Shown one piece after another: positions 17,115 through 27,235 of a DNA stretch of 64,000 nt. The notes under the pieces are model-generated. The model did not search any database. It had not been told where the DNA came from and saw only the letters and a program-made list of their open reading frames with translations. Positions within the stretch are counted from its first letter, which is position 1. Each line of letters opens with the position of its first letter. Both the position numbers and the translations under genes were made by a program. The DNA comes from Syntrophobacter sp. SbD1 (GTDB lineage Bacteria > Desulfobacterota > Syntrophobacteria > Syntrophobacterales > Syntrophobacteraceae), in contig OMOE01000167.1 of the NCBI GenBank assembly GCA_900290365.1, positions 6,305-70,304 on the forward strand. The letters are read 5' to 3'.

Positions 17115-19521
17115 TCATTGCCGGTTCGAAGCTGATGCGATTGATCTTCCCGCGCGCAACTGCTTGCAGAAATCTTCCACCAGAGTTCGCTTCTGATAGC
17201 CGGGGTAAAGCTCGATTACCTTTTCGAAAGCCGCTATAGCTCCTTCTGTATCTCCCGCCTCGGATGAAAAGAATCCGAGCGCCAGCCATGCGTTCGAGTC
17301 TTCCGGGTCGCCTTTTAGCACTTTTCTTGCCGCTTCTACGGCGTGGTCCCCGTCACCTCTGGCATAATTATACCACCCCTTGAGCAGCCGGGCGTCACGA
17401 GAACCGGGAAAAATTTGCAGGGCAGCATCCAGTCGATTTTCCCCGAGTGCCTGGAAAACCTTCGGCAAATGTTTCTGTTGCACTAAAAATGCCACAACCA
17501 TGTCGAAATTGAATCTGGAAAAAGGATTTCGTACATATTTTTGGAAGGAGTTCCATTTTTCTTTTTGAGCGCTATTCTGGGCATCTTCCTTTTGGAGGTT
17601 TTCCATTTCTGTTTTCAGGTGCGGATCACCGGGGTCGTTTGCGTACTCCCGCTCAATTATCTCACGGGCATATTGCGCCTCCCCGTGTTTCTTGAATTCT
17701 TTGGCGACCCAGAGTCCAGGGGGCAGGTCTCCGGGGTCGAGTATGCCGTCATGGTTCGGGTCTAAGCCCTGCGGGCCGAACTCGGCAAGAATTGCCCTTG
17801 CGGTCATTTCAACCAGGCCCTTCTTGTAGAAGGAATTATCGGTCAGTTGCACGTACTTGAGCGCTTCGAGCGTCCATCTGTATGCTTCTTCGGGCTTCTT
17901 TGCGATAATGCATGCCTGGGCCAGGTTCAGGCAAAGATTCGGAAGGGGTCCTCCATCGAGCCCGTTGACCTTATCTTTTAAAAATTCCTCGTCGCGTTCG
18001 ATCGCTTCGTCAATTCTCCCCAGTTTTATAAGGGCTATGGTTATGGCGTTCTGGGCAAGAGCATCGGTCTCGCGTCCCTTTCTTCCGAGTTCAATTGATC
18101 TCTCGGCGTATTTTATGGCGTCCTCGTACCGGTCGACTGTGCAAAGCACATTGGCGAAGTCGGAATTTGCCCGCGGACTGTTGGGAGCTTTTGCTACCGC
18201 ATCGTAATGGATCGTGACCGGGTCTTCCCAAGCGCCGTTCCGGGAGAATGTCAGAAGGGTAAGGCACGCGGCGACAATGAGAAGGGATGAGCAGGCAGCC
18301 TTTGCGAATTCGGCTTCCGGGAGCCGGCGTGCGGCCTGCCGGAAAACAGTCACAAGAATGGCGGTTATTGAAAGATAAAAGCCTATCGAGGGCAGGTAGA
18401 GCCTGTGTTCGAAAACCAGTTCCAATGGAATGATCGTCGATTCGATTACGAGATTCAAAAAGAACCAGGCAATTCCGAATGTGATCACAGGAAATCGCCT
18501 TCGGAACCTGATCGCGAGGAAAATGAGGGCGCCGATCACAAGCAGAGAAGGAAGCGTAGTAAGAGGGCTTAAAAGCGAAGTGGAAATCTCGACTTCATGG
18601 TCCATAGACAGGCGGGCCGGGTTTGGCCAGAGAAGAAGCGACATGTACCATACGACTGCCCTTCCTTCGGTGAGCAGGCGCTCAATCAGATTGAAATCCC
18701 TCTTGGCGTAACCGCTGAGAAGTTCAGGCAATACGACCGCGAAGGCATAAAAGGAGGATGAAAGCAGTGCGGCAGCAGTAGCCGCGCGGACTTTCCAGCC
18801 GGTTTTCCGGCACAGGGCCCAGGCTTTTTTCAGCCAGGCGGAATCGAAAAACCAGATATCGGTTATGGCCAGCGCAACCGGCAGGACCGCCGAGTTTTCT
18901 TTCGAAAGAAAGCTACAGAGGGAGCTAAGCGCGCAAAGAAAGAAGAAAAAGATGGCGCTCCTTTTTTTGTCCCCCGAAAGAAGGCGCGCCTTTATAAAGC
19001 ACGCCACGCTCAGCGTAAAAAAAAGCGCCTGTATGGAAGCCATGCGCTGAACGAGGTATGTGACGGCGCTTGTCTGAAGTGGGCTCAAGGCCCATACGGC
19101 GGCGGCGCAGAGCGGCGGCGGCGCAGAGTGGAAGAAGGCCTGCAATTTCATGGATTGGCCCTTCTGCGCCTCTGTTCTTTCCGGCTGCAAGAACCTGCCT
19201 GAAGAACCAAAAGACTGCCACGAACGCCAGCAAGTGGATCAGCAGATTCACGGCATGAAAATAAATGCCTTTGCTGTGACCCAGAGAGTGATTGAGCGCC
19301 AGGGTGATTACGGGCAGAAATCGCGTCCAGCCGAATTTTGACTGAGAAAGCGAAAGAATGCTCGAAACCGAGACTGAATCCAGATAGAGGGCTTTGTCAT
19401 ATATGAATGATTGAAAATCATCGAGGAAAGGCGGCGAGGTGAAAGTGTTCGAGTAAGCGGAAATAATCATCAAAACGATGAAAAAGGCAAGAATGTGAGG
19501 CAGCGCTTTTTTCGCCCGCAT
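17115..19521 (-). pseudogene. Polytopic membrane protein with C-terminal TPR repeats (TMTC/PMT_2-like glycosyltransferase-type family), frameshifted by a 16-bp tandem duplication
   Basis: The N-terminal ORF (MRAKKALPHILAFF...FLDDFQSF...) and the 691-aa ORF are offset by one frame. Removing 19113-19128 gives ...AGLLPLCAAAVWALSPLQTSAVTYLVQRMASIQALFF..., continuous and family-like. Confidence 0.75.
19097..19128. repeat. Perfect 16-bp tandem duplication (cggcggcggcgcagag x2)
   Basis: Read directly: 19097-19112 = 19113-19128, exactly 2.0 copies. Confidence 0.97.
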
Positions 19522-19572
19522 ACCTGTCCTTTCCCCCAATTGCCCGGGCGAAAAAATAGAAAGAATAGATAA

Positions 19573-19609
19573 CACAAAGAATGCCGGTATCATACCGGCA
19601 TTCTTTGTG
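19573..19609 (-). terminator. Rho-independent terminator downstream of pilA
   Basis: Perfect 18-bp inverted repeat cacaaagaatgccggtat / ataccggcattctttgtg, followed on the minus strand by a T-rich tract (ttatctattctttctatttttt). Confidence 0.8.
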
Positions 19610-19636
19610 CTCGGTCTTCTTTTGCTTGCAGCAGAT

Positions 19637-20104
19637 TTATTGTGCGCCTGCCAAGCCCATGTTTGCGGCAAGCGTACCACCAAAAGTCCAGCCGGTAATT
19701 ACTTGCGCATTGTTTCCAAGAATCGGCGATGCGGTAATAGTCTGGTTATACAGGGACGAGAGCTCAGTGCAGCCCGCACCCACGATTGCGAAGGTGATTT
19801 TGAAGTTAGAAGTGGCGCCGGCGGCGGAAGTTACCGTCGGGGTAAAGCAATGGGTGTTGGCATCCGTGAACATGGCATTTACGGTTGCACCAGCGCCAGG
19901 GAACATCTGCTGAAAGCTGAAGTAAGTCGCCAGATCGGTTTGGATTGAGTGAATTCCGGGGATAACCTTGCTGGTCAGGCGCGCTTTCTGAATATACTTT
20001 TGATAGTACGGGACAGCGACCGCAGCCAGGATGCCGATGATGGCAACGACGATCATAAGTTCCACCAATGTAAAGCCTTTGCTCTCTCTCATTCTGATAA
20101 ACAT
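19637..20104 (-). CDS. pilA: Type IV major pilin
   Basis: Prepilin leader [10 protein letters not shown] followed by [38 protein letters not shown] 6 nt upstream of the ATG. Confidence 0.9.
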   Translation of the reverse strand: MFIRMRESKGFTLVELMIVVAIIGILAAVAVPYYQKYIQKARLTSKVIPGIHSIQTDLATYFSFQQMFPGAGATVNAMFTDANTHCFTPTVTSAAGATSNFKITFAIVGAGCTELSSLYNQTITASPILGNNAQVITGWTFGGTLAANMGLAGAQ

Positions 20105-20249
20105 TGTTCTCTCCTTGGTTGGGTAATGGTTTTCTGGTTTTATAGGATAATACTCCTACTTGGTTTCTCCGCGTTCTTATGAAAGATCGTCAATCGCCTC
20201 CTGTTGCTTAAGCCTTTTTTTCGCCAGTGTTGTGTTGCGGGAAAGGTAG

Positions 20250-20265
20250 AGCAAAATTGATGCCT
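20250..20265 (-). promoter_or_regulatory. Sigma-54 (-24/-12) promoter candidate for pilA
   Basis: Minus strand reads aGGCATcaattTTGCt, with correct GG-N10-GC spacing, ~145 nt upstream of the pilA ATG. Confidence 0.55.
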
Positions 20266-20398
20266 CCATTCCCATTTTTCACAATAAATCTGTCGGGTCT
20301 CAGCAAGTCGGCTCTGTGATTAGATTATCAGTCATCGATCCGGCAGGGCCGGTGGGCAAAGACTGCGGCGTCCGGCATGAGTTGGCGCCTCCGGCTAA

Positions 20399-20429
20399 CA
20401 ATTTTCGTCACTAACTGTGACGAAAATTG
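20399..20429. promoter_or_regulatory. 13-bp perfect inverted repeat, candidate enhancer-binding-protein (PilR-type) site
   Basis: caattttcgtcac-taact-gtgacgaaaattg, ~140 nt upstream of the sigma-54 promoter. A 12/13 half-site lies at 21174-21186. Confidence 0.4.
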
Positions 20430-20597
20430 GCTTTCGGAAACTCGTGCCAAGTTGCATTCAAGAGCGGGCGGGGATAAACCCCGTAAGCGTTCAAACAAGA
20501 AATAATACATGTTAGACGTCAATCGCCTGAAATGTTTCAGACTTTTTTATGGTGTCAGGGTGTCCATAGGGACGTGAGGAACTGCTGCGAAAAATTC

Positions 20598-20678
20598 TTG
20601 GTGGGCACGGTAAAGTTGTGCACGCATCCCTCCTGCGGTCCTTTTCGTAGTTTAAGGTGTCCCGCAGGGACATGTGAG
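20598..20678 (+). repeat. Left copy of a ~75-bp imperfect direct repeat bracketing the 20.7-30.4 kb block
   Basis: ttggtgggcacggtaaagttgtgcac...cttttcgtagtttaaggtgtcccgcagggacatgtgag, compared with 30395-30465. Confidence 0.7.
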
Positions 20679-20745
20679 ACTGGGGTGGAATTTAAATGCG
20701 GGAGCAGAGTTTGTCTTATCAGCATACTGATTTGTTTGCCGCAGT

Positions 20746-21056
20746 TTATTGTATGCCTTGCAATCCCATGTTCAAGGCAAGTGAGCCGGAATAAGACCAA
20801 CATGTAACTAACCCCGAGAGCAGTTGCGACCAGAGGGTGTCGAGAGATGTGAGTGGAGCCTGGTTTTTGAGAGTGAAGCTAATAACGGTGCCGGCAACCC
20901 CTGCACCAAAAGAAGTGCTGTCACCGTCCGCTGCCATTTGCGCTATGGAGCGGCCCGTGTCGGGAAGTCTCCGTTAATGGCGTAATAGGTGGCGACGTTG
21001 ATTTGGAATGTGTGTATTCCGGGCCAAACCAAGCTGGTGAGGCGCTATCTCTGAAT
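20746..21056 (-). pseudogene. Pilin pseudogene or silent copy lacking the N-terminal alpha-helix
   Basis: Minus strand reads IQR*RLTSLVWPGIHTFQINVATYY... (pil[26 protein letters not shown]), and after a frame change ...WSYSGSLALNMGLQGIQ* (pil[18 protein letters not shown]). It contains two in-frame stops, and homology stops where the FTLVELM helix should begin. Confidence 0.7.
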
Positions 21057-21360
21057 GTGCCATCTTTGCCGAATCGCCTAAAAAGGTCATCGGATTAACT
21101 TTGTGGCGTATAGGCCAGTGTGCGGATAGTGGTGGAAGGTTATAATGAAGGACACTTATTGCCGCAGAGCGGACAATTTTTGTCACTACCTCGGAAAACC
21201 TCACGAAGAGCGTGCGCAGAATACGAGGTACGAATTTTGCTAGGTATATACCCATCATAATGAGATATTTACCCGAGCCGGCCCCGAAAGAGCCAGCGCA
21301 AGGATGGTCCCAGCAGGATCTGCTCTGTATGGTTTCGTGAAAAATTCAAGGACCCGACAA

Positions 21361-22428
21361 ATGAATATCTTTGTAAACATAAGTCATCCTGCCCACATGC
21401 ATTTTTTTAAGAATGCAATGAGGATACTCTCGCAAAGAGGGCATCGCGTGCTCGTTGGCGCAAGGATAAAAGAATTCACACTTCAATTGCTGAACGAAGC
21501 CCATTTTGAATACAAAACTTTGACAAAAAAAGGAAAAGGGCCCTTGGGTCTTGTTAAGGAATTAATTGAACAGCAGATAAAAATAATGGGAATAATCCGT
21601 AAAACCCCTGTGGATCTCATGCTTCAGATAAGCGGCATATTCAATGCCCCGGTTGGCAAGTGCTGCGGGATTCCGACGCTCGCGTTTTCAGATACCGAAA
21701 ACGACAAATTGGCTAATCAGGTATCTTTTTCACTGAGCAAGCACGTGATCTCCCCCACCTGCTTCAACCATGGTGCGGGGGGATCGTGGGCCAATCAGGT
21801 CCACTATCCAGGGTATCACGAACTGGCTTATTTATCACCTCGCTATGCCCCTGAAGTGGGACGGCCGCACGACAGATTCCTCCTTCGCTTTGTGGGCTGG
21901 GGGGCCGGTCATGACATAGGGGAGAAAAGCCTTTCAATCGAATCGAAAATAGAACTCGTCCGGATATTGAGCCGGTTCGGGTCGGTCCACATCTCTTCCG
22001 AAGCACCCTTGCCCGAGTCCCTGGCAAATCTGGCTTTCAAAATGCATCCATCAAAGATCCATGATTTTATGGCGACATGCAAACTGATAGTAGGAGAATC
22101 CGCCACCATGGCTTCGGAAGCTGCCTGCCTTGGAATCCCGGCCATTTTTATCTCCAACACCGGTAGAGGCTATACGACCGAGCAGGACACCAGATACGAT
22201 CTGGTCAGGCATTACCGCCTGGACCAGTGGCAGGAGATATCGCAGAGAGTGGAGGAATGGGCACAACGAGATCTTTATGAGGAATGGCAGCAAAAGCGCC
22301 GGAAAATGTTGAGCGACAAGATAGATGTTACTTCCTGGTTGGTCGACCTTGTGGAAGGCTACCCGGGAAGCATCGTGGATGCGAAAAGAGGGCATTTCGA
22401 AGAGTACCGAATTAAGTTTGCGGTTTAG
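21361..22428 (+). CDS. DUF354 family protein (GT-B / UDP-sugar epimerase-like fold)
   Basis: MNIFVNISHPAHMHFFKNAMRILSQRGHRVLVGAR matches the DUF354 N-terminal signature (HPxHVHFFKN). Confidence 0.7.
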   Translation: MNIFVNISHPAHMHFFKNAMRILSQRGHRVLVGARIKEFTLQLLNEAHFEYKTLTKKGKGPLGLVKELIEQQIKIMGIIRKTPVDLMLQISGIFNAPVGKCCGIPTLAFSDTENDKLANQVSFSLSKHVISPTCFNHGAGGSWANQVHYPGYHELAYLSPRYAPEVGRPHDRFLLRFVGWGAGHDIGEKSLSIESKIELVRILSRFGSVHISSEAPLPESLANLAFKMHPSKIHDFMATCKLIVGESATMASEAACLGIPAIFISNTGRGYTTEQDTRYDLVRHYRLDQWQEISQRVEEWAQRDLYEEWQQKRRKMLSDKIDVTSWLVDLVEGYPGSIVDAKRGHFEEYRIKFAV

Positions 22429-22481
22429 CGGAAGATTTTGGGCAGGGCGGTTACGATTCTCTAATAAGAAATTATGAACCT

Positions 22482-23645
22482 ATGTGCGACGTTTTCAAAA
22501 TATTGACGGGCGTGCTGGATGCGGCTCACGAAACCGATTACAGCGGATTCAGTAAATTTGACGCCCTGAATAGCCCTTTTCTCAATACCTTATCTTTCAA
22601 TAACAAGTGGCTGCGATTGGCATTCACACAACTTGTAAAAGAATCGCCCATAAACTTCAGACCCTTATTAAGGGTTAAGAAATCCAGGAACCCTAAGGGG
22701 ATAGCGCTATTTGCCGGTGCATATCTGTCTTTGTACAAAACAACAGGTATTGTGAGATATCTCGACCGGGCCGAGGACCTTATCGGATGGCTCCTGGAAA
22801 ATCCCAGTTCCGGCTATCGCCATCTTTGTTGGGGTTATAATCACATTTGGCAAAATACCATTTTCCTTCAGGGAATGTATGAACCTAACGCGGTAGTGTC
22901 CATATTCGCAGGTGAGGCGCTTTTGTGCGCTTACGAAGCTACAGGAAATAATCGGTATCTCAGCGCCGCCCGTTCCGTGGCCGATTTTATACTCTTCGAC
23001 TTGCCCGTCCTTTATCATTCCGGTGATGAACGAGCGATTGCGTATGTACTAAAAGAGGTTGACGCCGTTGTTTTGAACAACCAGGTCCTTGCAGGGGCGT
23101 TTTTGGCCAAACTTTGGAGGCACACGGGTGAACGCCACTTAATCGAAACAGCGCGCCAACTTATCAACTACACCGTCAATCGGCGAACGGACTACTACGC
23201 CTGGTATTATACATACCCCAGGGAAAAATCCAGGATCACGCATGACAACTACCATACCGGCGGTATCCTTGACGGCTTGGTCGAGTACTACGAACACACC
23301 GGAGACGACAGATATCTGGCAGTCTATTGGCGTGGCCTGGATTACTACCAGGCTAATCTGTTCGAACCCGATGGCAGCCCGAGATGGATGAGCGACAGAA
23401 AATATCCTTTTGATATACATGGTTCCGCTCAGGGCATCATTTCTTTCAAGAAAGCATCCCGCCACGACCGCAGGTTCCTCCCCGAAGCCGAAAAGATTGC
23501 GGGCTGGGCCGTTGCGAACCTGTATCGTGAGGAAACACGTGATTTTGCCTACCGCAAGGGCAAATGGTTTAAGTGGAATTATTCCTTGATGAGGTGGTGC
23601 AACGCCTGGATGGCAAGATCCCTGGCTTTTTCGCTCGAAGGTTGA
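22482..23645 (+). CDS. Hypothetical protein, aromatic-rich, possibly an alpha/alpha-toroid sugar-acting enzyme
   Basis: Uninterrupted 387-codon ORF in an operon-like series. I recognise no diagnostic motif. Confidence 0.55.
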   Translation: MCDVFKILTGVLDAAHETDYSGFSKFDALNSPFLNTLSFNNKWLRLAFTQLVKESPINFRPLLRVKKSRNPKGIALFAGAYLSLYKTTGIVRYLDRAEDLIGWLLENPSSGYRHLCWGYNHIWQNTIFLQGMYEPNAVVSIFAGEALLCAYEATGNNRYLSAARSVADFILFDLPVLYHSGDERAIAYVLKEVDAVVLNNQVLAGAFLAKLWRHTGERHLIETARQLINYTVNRRTDYYAWYYTYPREKSRITHDNYHTGGILDGLVEYYEHTGDDRYLAVYWRGLDYYQANLFEPDGSPRWMSDRKYPFDIHGSAQGIISFKKASRHDRRFLPEAEKIAGWAVANLYREETRDFAYRKGKWFKWNYSLMRWCNAWMARSLAFSLEG

Positions 23646-23649
23646 CAAA

Positions 23650-25587
23650 ATGTGCGGTATTGCTGGTTTTTTCTATTTTTCAGGGCGGAGTCCGGATAAT
23701 GCGGCCGGTCTGCTGCACGGCATGTCGGACCTTATGAAGCATAGAGGACCTGACGGCCAGGGTCTGTTTTCGCAAAACGGAGTTGGACTGGTGCATCGCC
23801 GGCTTGCCATAATAGACCTCCAAACGGGAAATCAGCCGATGGTCTCTGCCGATGGCCGCCTCCAGGTTGTTTATAACGGCGAGATTTACAATTACCGGGA
23901 CCTGCGCCGCCAGCTCGATTCATACCCGTTTCGAACCCGCAGTGACACTGAAGTCCTGCTTGCAGCCTACGAACGGTGGGGCGAAGATTGCTTCAAGATG
24001 CTCAATGGCATTTTCGCTTTTGCCTTGTGGGACTCCGGTTGTCGTCGGTTGCTCCTTGTCCGTGACCCTTTTGGGGTAAAACCGCTCCATATTCACATCA
24101 ACAAGGACAGGATAGCCTTTGCATCGGAGATCAAATCCATCCTGTCGCTTCCGGATGTACAGGCGGAGGTGGACTACCAGGGTCTCCATGATTTTATGAA
24201 TGTTCGCTATGTTCCGGGGGCGGGCACGCTGTTCGCGGGGATCTCCCGGCTCGAACCCGGGCATACTATTTCGGCGGATGAACGTGGGACCAGGAATCGA
24301 AAATATTTCGATTTTGAGCCGCGCGTGGAAACCGGTGTAAGTGAAGGGGAATGGTGCGAGCGAATCGTATCGGCCACAAAATGTGCGGTGAAAAGACAAC
24401 TCATGTCTGATGTCCCGTTAGGGGTCTACCTCTCGGGGGGATTGGATTCGGGCACGCTGGTAGCTATGATGCATGCTTTGGGGGCGCCTGAAATTCTGAC
24501 TTTTTCGTTGGGTTTTAACGAACCGACCGATGAGCTCGGGGATGCGGCAATTGTTGCCAAACACTTCGGAACGGATCATTTCCCCTTGCTGATCGATCCG
24601 GAGCCACTGAAGTTCATGGATAAAGTCCTCTGGCACGTAGAGGAGCCCCAGGTGAACATGCTGCAGGGCTACATAATGGCCGAACATGCGGCAAAAAAGG
24701 TCAAGGTGGTGCTGGGAGGCCTGGGGGGAGATGAATTGTTCGCTGGTTATGTTACAAATATTTACCTCAAGAATTCCCGTTGGGGCCGTCAACTAACCCC
24801 CAAATGGCTCCAAAACACGGTTCTATCACCGCTATCGCGGTCGGCTTATCGCCTGGGGTCTCGTTTCGATTTAAAGTGGGAGGAGTTCCGGAGAGGAATC
24901 CAGTTGCTCTGTGCGGCAGGTGCTCCGGAGCGATTCTACGCAATCTTGCGAAACGTATGGGACTATGATCCGGAAGTGTCCCGCTCGCTCTACGGGGAGC
25001 GGATGATCTCACGTGAACACCTCTCGGTGGTTCGACACTTCGATCCCCATTTTCGCCATGGCGTCAATTCGGACACACTTACCGATTCGCTATGGCTCGA
25101 ATTTAATACCAAAATGATTGACGACTTCCTGCTGTCGGAAGACAGGGTCTCCATGGCGCATGGGCTCGAATCCCGCGTGCCCTTCCTCGATCTCGATCTG
25201 GTGAAGCTGGCGTTTTCGATTCCGGTCAAGCTCAAGATGCGCGGAAACGAAACGAAGTCTCTTTTCCGGAAGGCTATGAGCGCCTATTTGCCCGAACCGA
25301 TCCTGAACAAAAAAAAGTGGGGGTTTTCTTTCAACCCATACTATCAATTCCAGAAAGACCTGAAAATCGCAATCCAGGAACGATTGACTCCACAGACGGT
25401 AAAGGAGCTTGGATTCTTCAATTACGAGTTCATCGAAAAGATCTTGAAGCATCCTCCTCATCCAAGGCTCCGGTGGCATTATTTTATGTTGTGGGTCATG
25501 CTCGGATTTCACCAATGGCACGATATTTTCATAAAGAAAAATGGATTTCGGAACTGTTCCCTGGAGATTACAGGCAATAGCCGATAA
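23650..25587 (+). CDS. Asparagine synthase (glutamine-hydrolysing) family amidotransferase
   Basis: N-terminal MCGIAGFF nucleophile, HRGPDG, and the YLSGGLDSG PP-loop. Confidence 0.9.
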   Translation: MCGIAGFFYFSGRSPDNAAGLLHGMSDLMKHRGPDGQGLFSQNGVGLVHRRLAIIDLQTGNQPMVSADGRLQVVYNGEIYNYRDLRRQLDSYPFRTRSDTEVLLAAYERWGEDCFKMLNGIFAFALWDSGCRRLLLVRDPFGVKPLHIHINKDRIAFASEIKSILSLPDVQAEVDYQGLHDFMNVRYVPGAGTLFAGISRLEPGHTISADERGTRNRKYFDFEPRVETGVSEGEWCERIVSATKCAVKRQLMSDVPLGVYLSGGLDSGTLVAMMHALGAPEILTFSLGFNEPTDELGDAAIVAKHFGTDHFPLLIDPEPLKFMDKVLWHVEEPQVNMLQGYIMAEHAAKKVKVVLGGLGGDELFAGYVTNIYLKNSRWGRQLTPKWLQNTVLSPLSRSAYRLGSRFDLKWEEFRRGIQLLCAAGAPERFYAILRNVWDYDPEVSRSLYGERMISREHLSVVRHFDPHFRHGVNSDTLTDSLWLEFNTKMIDDFLLSEDRVSMAHGLESRVPFLDLDLVKLAFSIPVKLKMRGNETKSLFRKAMSAYLPEPILNKKKWGFSFNPYYQFQKDLKIAIQERLTPQTVKELGFFNYEFIEKILKHPPHPRLRWHYFMLWVMLGFHQWHDIFIKKNGFRNCSLEITGNSR

Positions 25588-25636
25588 ATGAAAATGCGGG
25601 ACGGTTCAGTCCTGAAATCGTTAAGGAAGGCGGGAC

Positions 25637-26425
25637 ATGTTCATTGGAAGTGAGTTAGCCTACCACCCAGAATATTCTCTGCTGCAAAGAGTCTATATCC
25701 GATTGCTCGGCGTCCCCATAGTCGGATTGCGTATACGCATGCGAAATATTTTTTCGCTTATCCCTGGGAACCGCTCTTATCGTAAAATCCTTGACGCGGG
25801 CTGCGGACTGGGAGTGTTTTCCTTTCATCTGGCAAGGTGTTTTCCACAAGCCGAGGTGCTGGGCATCGATCTGAGCGGTGATATGGTCCGGAGCGCGGAG
25901 CACATACGCGTGATGGCCGGAATTCCCAATGTGAGGTTCAAGGCGGCTGACATTGCAGGCATGAATGAGGAGGGGCAGTTCGACCTTGCCATATGCGTGG
26001 ATATTCTGGAGCATATTGAAGATGCCGATGCCGCGCTGCACGCGTTGCATCGGGCCCTCGGCAGTGGAGGGGTGCTGGTGCTGCACGTGCCGAACCTATA
26101 CCGTCGTTATCCCGTATGGAAAAAGAGCCTGAACTTTGACGTGGAAACGCATGTGAGACCCGGATACGAGTTGCGGGACATCCTGCACCGGGTGGAAAAT
26201 GCCGGGTTTTCCATATTGGAGAAAGGCTATACTTACGGGTTTCTGGAGACCCTCGCCAACAATATAAGCTATATGATTACTCGCGCCCGCAGACAAAATA
26301 AGAATCTTTATGCCCTGGCGTTTCCCTTTTTAAACGCTTTGTCGTGGTTTGGGGCTCGAGCCCGCCCCAAAGAGCTTGGTGCGGGGATTTATGTGGTTGC
26401 AGTGAGGGGAAAGTTCAATGATTGA
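25637..26425 (+). CDS. Class I SAM-dependent methyltransferase
   Basis: ILDAGCGLGVF motif I, DLAICVDILEHI, VLVLHVPN. Confidence 0.8.
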   Translation: MFIGSELAYHPEYSLLQRVYIRLLGVPIVGLRIRMRNIFSLIPGNRSYRKILDAGCGLGVFSFHLARCFPQAEVLGIDLSGDMVRSAEHIRVMAGIPNVRFKAADIAGMNEEGQFDLAICVDILEHIEDADAALHALHRALGSGGVLVLHVPNLYRRYPVWKKSLNFDVETHVRPGYELRDILHRVENAGFSILEKGYTYGFLETLANNISYMITRARRQNKNLYALAFPFLNALSWFGARARPKELGAGIYVVAVRGKFND

Positions 26426-27218
26426 TGAAAAGAATCACGTAATTGAAAATAGAGATATGTTGAAACGGATTGCCGACTTTTGGTCCGCTCAGCTCAATAA
26501 CGAGATATTCCTGCGCAATCACCCGAATGTCCTGCGCGGCAGCAGGGAGTACTTTGAAATCATCCTGGCCGCTCGGCTTAAGTACATCTACTATCTTCCA
26601 AAGATGATTGAGTTTCTGGAGACCATTCCTGTCAAGACCCTTCTTGAGGTCGGTTGCGGTATGGGAACAGACACCGTGGTATTCGAGTCCAAAGGATTCC
26701 AGGTTACAGGAATCGACCTCGCATCGGCGCACCTGCAATTGGCCTCTCGTCTATTTGAATATTATGGCGCCAGGGGGAGTTTCCTTGAAGCAAATGCAGA
26801 AAGACTTCCTTTTTCAAACGAAGCTTTCGGGGGCGTTTACTCATTTGGTGTACTGCATCATACTCCAAATACCGCTCTTGGAATTAGTGAGATCCATCGG
26901 GTGCTGAAACCCGGAGGCCGGGCTGTGGTTATGCTCTACAATCGCAATTCGTTGAATAACTTTGCACATTGGGTCACCCGGAAAGGTTTTGAGAATGCCG
27001 TTAAAAGAGACGCAGCAAACAGCGACGCGCCGGTGACATACAGGTTTACCAGGAAGCAGGTTGGTTCTATGTGTTCGATGTTTACCAAGTGTGAGATAAG
27101 CACCGAGTATCTGTTTGGAGCAGGCTGGAGTCGAATATACGGCCTGGTGCCCAAGCAGGTCCACGAAAAGCTGAGTAAGATTTGGGGATGGCATTTGGTA
27201 GCCTATCTTGAAAAGTAA
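26418..27218 (+). CDS. Class I SAM-dependent methyltransferase
   Basis: LLEVGCGMGTD, GVLHHTPN, LKPGGRAVV. 8-nt overlap with the upstream gene. Confidence 0.8.
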   Translation: MIDEKNHVIENRDMLKRIADFWSAQLNNEIFLRNHPNVLRGSREYFEIILAARLKYIYYLPKMIEFLETIPVKTLLEVGCGMGTDTVVFESKGFQVTGIDLASAHLQLASRLFEYYGARGSFLEANAERLPFSNEAFGGVYSFGVLHHTPNTALGISEIHRVLKPGGRAVVMLYNRNSLNNFAHWVTRKGFENAVKRDAANSDAPVTYRFTRKQVGSMCSMFTKCEISTEYLFGAGWSRIYGLVPKQVHEKLSKIWGWHLVAYLEK

Positions 27219-27235
27219 GAGTCTGTAATAGATAA

